Positions 26,920-32,000 of a stretch of DNA of 32,000 bases are shown here, piece by piece. The stretch spans positions 30,001 to 62,000 of the forward strand of contig JBMYVL010000003.1 in assembly GCA_049606355.1 (NCBI GenBank), written 5' to 3'. Both the position numbers and the translations under genes were made by a program. Numbering within the stretch: the first letter of the stretch is position 1; the number at the start of each line of letters is the position of its first letter. The stretch is from Opitutales bacterium (GTDB lineage Bacteria > Verrucomicrobiota > Verrucomicrobiia > Opitutales > Coraliomargaritaceae). The notes below the pieces were generated by a model. It ran no database searches. It saw only the letters and a list, made by a program, of their open reading frames with translations, and was not told where the DNA came from.

Positions 26920-27915
26920 TTATACATTCACACTTTCTAATTCAGCTAACCAAACACTACGGGCACAGTCCTCAACTAAGGCGACCTCAAATCCATTACG
27001 CGCAATCTGCTTCAGCTCATCATGCCCAAAACACCCGGCAGCACTCAATGCGGCATACTCGTCCTCGAGGCAGTTCCCAAAAGAAAACGGATCGTCCGTG
27101 CTCACCGTACAGCGCAACCCTCGGTCAAAGAAAGTTCGAATCGGGTGATGGTGCATGTCGGCAATAACGCCTAACTTTATATTACTGATCGGGCAGATAT
27201 CGAAGGTGACCTGGTGATCGATCGCCCATTGGACCACTGCAGGATCTTCAATCGCGCGCACGCCATGCTGTATGCGATGCACTCCGAGCCCTTCCATCGC
27301 TTCACGTACGTTACTCGCCGGACCGAATTCACCCGCATGGGCTTTCGTTACCAAACCATGCTCGCGAGCCCGCTCCCATAACTTACGGGTCCATGGCTCC
27401 AGCGGTAGCGTCTCCAAGCCATGCAGGTCAAATCCAGCAAGTCCCTCCCAGGTAACTGCATCTTCTAATAGCGGTGCGAGGCACTCGTTGTAACTATTAC
27501 GAGACATCCCCAAGAATACGCGTACTTCCAAATCAATTGGAGCCGCACTGCGAATCGCCGCAACAATCTCTGTCCCGGGAATGCCCAACAGCTCCAGCAT
27601 TCCGGCATGAAAAGAGGTCTCCACATAGCGCACATTTTGTCGCAGATGTTCCGCAAAGATCTGCTGGGCCGCTTCATAGTAACGTTCTGCGGAGGTGAAC
27701 CACTGAAGTGCATGGTCAATCAGATGGCCCTCGAAAGCTGTAAAACTAGGCCATACGAAATCGGGCGCCCAACTCGCCGGCGCTTGCTGGTAGCGATCCG
27801 GATCTAAGGACTGCAACAAACCGTAGGGCAATGCTCCTTCGATATGAAGATGCGTCTCCGTCTTGGGCATGCGGTGAATCAAAGCGGCCGTCTCTGTGGA
27901 AATCTTGAAATCCAT
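26920..27915 (-). CDS. Adenosine/adenine deaminase-family metallohydrolase
   Basis: ETHLHIEG (HxH metal site), [15 protein letters not shown]. The ATG at 27915 is preferred over the listed GTG at 27921. Confidence 0.8.
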   Translation of the reverse strand: MDFKISTETAALIHRMPKTETHLHIEGALPYGLLQSLDPDRYQQAPASWAPDFVWPSFTAFEGHLIDHALQWFTSAERYYEAAQQIFAEHLRQNVRYVETSFHAGMLELLGIPGTEIVAAIRSAAPIDLEVRVFLGMSRNSYNECLAPLLEDAVTWEGLAGFDLHGLETLPLEPWTRKLWERAREHGLVTKAHAGEFGPASNVREAMEGLGVHRIQHGVRAIEDPAVVQWAIDHQVTFDICPISNIKLGVIADMHHHPIRTFFDRGLRCTVSTDDPFSFGNCLEDEYAALSAAGCFGHDELKQIARNGFEVALVEDCARSVWLAELESVNV

Positions 27916-27961
27916 ACACACAAAAAAGCGTGGCCACGAATGACCGGGAAGCCCGCAACCA

Positions 27962-29071
27962 CTAGCCGAGCAGATAATCCGGATTTAATTTCTTCAAGGC
28001 ACCTTTAACAAACAATCCGTCTTTGCGGATGAGCTCTCCATCAAACCATATTTCCCCTCCTCCGTACTCGGGACGTTGAATCTGCACCATATCCCAATGC
28101 ACTTGCGAGCGATTGCCATTATCGGCCTCCTCGTAAGCTTGGCCAGGGGTGAAGTGGAACGATCCAGCAATTTTCTCATCAAATAAAATATCACGCATGG
28201 GTTCTAAAATATGTGGATTAAACCCTATGGCAAATTCACCAATATAACGAGCGCCGGCATCCGAATCGAGGATCTCATTGAGACGTTGAGTGTTCGAACT
28301 CTCGGCGTGAACAATTTTACCCTGTTCAAATTTCAAATGGATTCGATCAAACGAGCTGCCCTGATAGACCGTCGGTGCATTGAACGTGATCTCGCCCTCG
28401 ACCGAATCTTTGACAGGGCAAGAGAAGACCTCCCCATCGGGAATATTGTGAGTGCCTCCACAAGCGACGGCACCAATACCTTTAATTGAAAAACGCAGAT
28501 CACAATCGGGGCCCTTTAACTCGACCCGATCCGTCTCTCGCATCAATTGCTCCAGCGCTTGCATGCCCTCAGTCATACGAGCGTAATCTTGTGTACAGAC
28601 GCGGAAGAAGAAGGACTCGAAGCGCTCAGAACTCATCATCGCTTGCTGCGCCATTGCCGGCGTGGGCCAGCGCAGAATGACCCATTTGGTTTGATTGACT
28701 CGGTGATCCAGGACAGGCTTCATCGCGCGCATCACATGACTCATTTGCTGCGGATCCACGTCTGACATTTCAAAAATGTTCTCGGAACCGCGCACAGCGA
28801 TATACGCATCCATTTTTTGCATACGAGCGAGTTCCCACTCACACTGTGCCTCAAATTGGCCGCCTTCGAGCCCGGCCACCAGTTCCCGAGTGATCCGCGC
28901 ATGGTTCAAATTCACATAAGGAATCGCGCCGCGTTCACGCGCAGCGCGCACCAGTGCGATCACCATCGCCTCAGGGATGTCAAAGGCGTCGATCAACACA
29001 CGCTCCCCCGCCTGTAAATTCGTAGAAAAACCAGTAAGGACTGCTGCTAGTTGTGTATAATTGTGCTCCAT
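27962..29071 (-). CDS. Aminopeptidase of the M29 family (AmpS/PepS-like)
   Basis: About 369 aa from ATG 29071 ([12 protein letters not shown]...[12 protein letters not shown]), with the N-terminal pattern and length of M29 aminopeptidases. The listed GTG start is at 29098. Confidence 0.7.
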   Translation of the reverse strand: MEHNYTQLAAVLTGFSTNLQAGERVLIDAFDIPEAMVIALVRAARERGAIPYVNLNHARITRELVAGLEGGQFEAQCEWELARMQKMDAYIAVRGSENIFEMSDVDPQQMSHVMRAMKPVLDHRVNQTKWVILRWPTPAMAQQAMMSSERFESFFFRVCTQDYARMTEGMQALEQLMRETDRVELKGPDCDLRFSIKGIGAVACGGTHNIPDGEVFSCPVKDSVEGEITFNAPTVYQGSSFDRIHLKFEQGKIVHAESSNTQRLNEILDSDAGARYIGEFAIGFNPHILEPMRDILFDEKIAGSFHFTPGQAYEEADNGNRSQVHWDMVQIQRPEYGGGEIWFDGELIRKDGLFVKGALKKLNPDYLLG

Positions 29072-29107
29072 ACCAGCACTGCGCACTAAAAACTGCACCG
29101 GGTCAAA

Positions 29108-29920
29108 TTATACGAGGAAGATATCATAACGATTGCTCTTACCCTCCAACACATAGCTGGGGGTTCGATGAGCCAGATTTGGCGCAATTCTTGGCCGCTT
29201 CACCACGACTCGTTGCTGTGCCAAACCAAGAGCAGCACTGAGCAGTTCGTCCGCATCAGCATCCGGGCCAATTAAACCCTGAAGCACTTGCATCTCTTTC
29301 TTCACTAAAGCGCTTTTGTGGCGCTCTGGAAACATTGGGTCCAAATAGATTACATCCGGTCGTACCTGTACATGCTTAAGGTATGCATGCGCATCTGCAG
29401 CCTCCAGAGACATTCGCGCTAGAATAATATCGAGTTCTGCAATCGCCTGTGCACGCGCTTGCTGTAAGCCGTCGGCCAATAACGCGTGTACCACAGGATC
29501 ACGCTCTAACAGCGTCACCACGCAACCGAGCGAGGCCAGTACAAACGCATCACGCCCCAAGCCTGCAGTACAATCGAGCACTGTGGGACACTGTCCGTGT
29601 TTCAAGCCGACGGCCTTAGCTAGCATTTGACCACGGCCTCCACCTCGCTTCCGCCGATACGTCACACTCGGGCCATGGAAATCCGCGCGAATCGCGCCTT
29701 GAACTTGGCCGAACAGCTGCAGGCGCAAGCCTGTCGCATCCAGGATCAGCACAGTCGGTCGCTCACACCCAAGACGACTGCTCAGGTGGCGCTCAATTAC
29801 CTTATCCTTGGCCCCAGACAAGTGACAGGCATCAATACAGGCTACCTTTAATGCGCTCGCTAACTCCGTAGCCCGAGCTATCAAATCAGGCGACAAGTAA
29901 ACGATTGCAGTGAGTGACAT
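29108..29920 (-). CDS. rsmJ: 16S rRNA (guanine1516-N2)-methyltransferase
   Basis: 270 aa. [39 protein letters not shown] closely parallels the E. coli RsmJ SAM-binding region. Confidence 0.85.
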   Translation of the reverse strand: MSLTAIVYLSPDLIARATELASALKVACIDACHLSGAKDKVIERHLSSRLGCERPTVLILDATGLRLQLFGQVQGAIRADFHGPSVTYRRKRGGGRGQMLAKAVGLKHGQCPTVLDCTAGLGRDAFVLASLGCVVTLLERDPVVHALLADGLQQARAQAIAELDIILARMSLEAADAHAYLKHVQVRPDVIYLDPMFPERHKSALVKKEMQVLQGLIGPDADADELLSAALGLAQQRVVVKRPRIAPNLAHRTPSYVLEGKSNRYDIFLV

Positions 29921-29929
29921 CGGTACAAC

Positions 29930-31135
29930 TTAGCGGCCGCGACGTATCTCTGAACCGAGGAAGCGCACACGGACACGCACGATCTTTTTCGTCCTACACT
30001 TAATTTTAAATGTTTTCGGGTCAATTGAATCGGGGACATCCAATCGGTTCACATCAACAATCGCATGGTATCCGCGCTCAGAAAAGACATCTATCAACAT
30101 GGCCAGCGCGTCCGAATCCATCAGTACTTCATTTTCAGAATTGATCACTGCAGTCCCTGAGATCGCATGCCGTTTAATAATTGGCATGAAGTCCGTCTTG
30201 ATGACATCCACCACTTGATTGAACAACGCGGTCTGCCGTTCTTCATAAGAATCCAAGCGATCGACCAAGTCTTGGCGGGCATGTTTGGATAGTGTACTCG
30301 CCACTGGAATAGCGGAGAGGCGGTCGTAGGTCGACTCATCTAACTCCAAGGAACCCTGATAGCGTAATTCCTCGTCGATACGCTGCCGAACTTCTTCGAT
30401 ACTGCCGTGCGCGTTGATAAAATGATAAAAGAAAATTTCGCGAAGGTCTTTGAGCGCTCCGTATGTTTTCTCTTTAAAAGTGCGATAGCGATTGTGGCAG
30501 GCTTTGGCATCCAAGTCCGTCGCTCGCACTTCAACTAATTCTCCCACACCAGATTCCTTGACCTTCTCATTATGAATGTAGGCCTCTTCACCGCGCTTAA
30601 TTTGCCGTGCGACACTCTCCTTCTCATCCACAAAGAGTACCACGATATGAAAATGCGGCTTTTTGAATGCTTCCGAAAAGAGTGTTGCTTTGAATTTATT
30701 CCTTAACTCCGTCAATTTATGATAGAGCAACTTAACGCATTCGACCTGTACTTTGGTGCGTGGAAAACCATCAACCACCGCGCCCGATTTATAAATCGGC
30801 TCAAGTAGCTTGCGCAGCATAATTTCGATCACCTCGCGATCGCCGACGAGAAGGCCAGCATCAATACGCTTACGCGCATCCTGGCTTTGCAGCAATGAGC
30901 TCACCACCAGTGGCGGCGCCGTTAGATCACGATATTGCATTATGAAATTGGTATTGGTGCCCTTTCCCGCGCCCGGCGCACCGTTCAGCCAAAAGATCTC
31001 TTTAGGGAAACGTAGATTCTCCTCACCAATTTCTTCCTTCAGGCTAGCCCAGACCGAATTGAATATAATTTGCGCGTCCTTGACCTCAAGGTCTTGGACG
31101 GATGGTACGGAGGCGACGCCTGTTTTAGATGCCAT
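29930..31135 (-). CDS. Adenylate-kinase-like P-loop protein with an uncharacterised C-terminal extension of about 140 aa
   Basis: 401 aa. [14 protein letters not shown] matches the AK GxPGxGKGT motif. VVDGFPRT matches the AK NMP-site motif. [21 protein letters not shown] resembles the AK R-x-DD...R...Y...T segment. The C-terminal region is unassigned. Confidence 0.7.
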   Translation of the reverse strand: MASKTGVASVPSVQDLEVKDAQIIFNSVWASLKEEIGEENLRFPKEIFWLNGAPGAGKGTNTNFIMQYRDLTAPPLVVSSLLQSQDARKRIDAGLLVGDREVIEIMLRKLLEPIYKSGAVVDGFPRTKVQVECVKLLYHKLTELRNKFKATLFSEAFKKPHFHIVVLFVDEKESVARQIKRGEEAYIHNEKVKESGVGELVEVRATDLDAKACHNRYRTFKEKTYGALKDLREIFFYHFINAHGSIEEVRQRIDEELRYQGSLELDESTYDRLSAIPVASTLSKHARQDLVDRLDSYEERQTALFNQVVDVIKTDFMPIIKRHAISGTAVINSENEVLMDSDALAMLIDVFSERGYHAIVDVNRLDVPDSIDPKTFKIKCRTKKIVRVRVRFLGSEIRRGR

Positions 31136-31199
31136 GACTAATGCTTCGTTAAGAGATCAAACGCACGTTTGTTGGTTACTGCCGCCCAGAACGCAAGAA

Positions 31200-32000
31200 T
31201 CATTGATCGCGATGCGGTAAATCTCGTGCGTCTACCGATCGGCGCGGCTCATTGCGCGGCAGGCATATCCGCGCGGCTGCCTGCTCAAAATCCTCTCGGC
31301 CAGACAGGATATCAATTTCAAGACGTAAGTAATACAGCGGCACTGGCGCCGGTATGGAGCCATGTAAGCGCACTGCATCTTTTTCGGTCGTCACCATCAT
31401 ATCCAAATTGGCCGCGGCCGCTTGATCATATAAATGCTTAATCTCGACCTCACTGAATCGATGGTGATCTAAAAAACGTTGATTATGCCGAATCTCTGCT
31501 CCGAAGTCGCGCAACATCGCCTCAAAACTTTCCGGTGAAGCGATGCCACTAAAGGCAGCAATTTGTGCCCCCTGTAAAGCTGCTAGGGGTAAGCGCTCCC
31601 CGCCACCAACCGGTTCGAGGTACTGCGGCTTGTGTGCACACTCTATAATTTCCGCCTCGGTATTGTGCTCACGAATCAATTCCAACAGCGCATCGTCGCG
31701 TTCACCATCTGATTTTGTCAGGAGGATATAACTGGCCCTTTTTAAGTGGCTGATAGGCTCACGAAGAATGCCTCGAGGCAGTAGGTGCTGATTTCCAAAC
31801 GGATTGGTTTTATCAACCAACAGTAGATTCAAGCGCCCCTTTAAGCGCAGGTATTGAAACCCATCATCCAGGATGAGTGTATCGCAGCCAAAATGACGAA
31901 TTGCATATGAACCGGCCTTCACCCGGTTCTTGTCACACAACACCACCACACCCGGCAAATTTTTTGCCAACATATAAGGTTCATCGCCGGCGACCTCGGA
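31200..32000 (-). CDS. lpxK: Tetraacyldisaccharide 4'-kinase. The N-terminal part lies beyond the window end.
   Basis: The frame stays open upstream of the listed Met to base 32000 ([20 protein letters not shown]). [10 protein letters not shown] and LLLVD are typical of LpxK. Confidence 0.85.
   Translation of the reverse strand, partial: SEVAGDEPYMLAKNLPGVVVLCDKNRVKAGSYAIRHFGCDTLILDDGFQYLRLKGRLNLLLVDKTNPFGNQHLLPRGILREPISHLKRASYILLTKSDGERDDALLELIREHNTEAEIIECAHKPQYLEPVGGGERLPLAALQGAQIAAFSGIASPESFEAMLRDFGAEIRHNQRFLDHHRFSEVEIKHLYDQAAAANLDMMVTTEKDAVRLHGSIPAPVPLYYLRLEIDILSGREDFEQAAARICLPRNEPRRSVDARDLPHRDQ

Noticed and set aside
26920-27915. Adenosine deaminase-family gene as a possible anti-phage nucleotide deaminase (RADAR-like or similar)
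   Set aside because: It has an ordinary single-domain size of about 330 aa. No partner ATPase or other defence-type neighbour is present. It is embedded in a housekeeping array (engB, slyX, M29 peptidase, rsmJ).
31158-31171. Palindrome CAAACG-CA-CGTTTG between the lpxK stop and the AK-like gene start
   Set aside because: It is short (6+2+6), a single copy as far as I can see, and has no terminator-like U-tract. That is not enough to call an operator or attenuator.

Overview
This window is a densely packed, mostly housekeeping chromosomal segment from a diderm, LPS-making bacterium. I call 36 protein-coding genes (two truncated by the window edges), one tRNA, one clear intrinsic terminator and two inverted-repeat elements.

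Recognisable content:
- DNA, RNA and translation functions: recR-ybaB, mutM, infC, engB, rsmJ, pdxA.
- Heme block: hemF-hemE-hemY.
- PAPS-forming block: cysC-cysD-cysN.
- Three dispersed lipid A genes: lpxB, lpxA, lpxK.
- Cell-wall amidase and several enzymes assignable only to family level.

From about 10.3 kb to 24.6 kb, and again from 26.0 kb to the window end, every gene is on the minus strand with very short or overlapping junctions.

I found no CRISPR array, transposase, integrase, phage gene or recognisable defence or toxin-antitoxin module, and no convincing multi-gene novel system. The family mix (TIGR03790-like, DUF2851) makes me suspect a PVC/Verrucomicrobiota-like organism, but that rests on recollection and is unverified.

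Best leads:
1. A tRNA-Leu whose anticodon reads AAG (A34), which is unusual for bacteria.
2. A nested inverted-repeat structure of about 120 nt directly upstream of infC.
3. A Gfo/Idh/MocA oxidoreductase abutting lpxB, possibly GnnA-like.
4. Uncharacterised proteins: a 644-aa protein with a basic disordered N-terminus and an acidic C-terminus, a 401-aa adenylate-kinase-like protein with an unknown C-terminal domain, a secreted TIGR03790-like protein translationally coupled to an amidase, and a DUF2851 gene with an orphan 205-aa ORF.

All homology statements come from motif recognition by eye. No database search was run.
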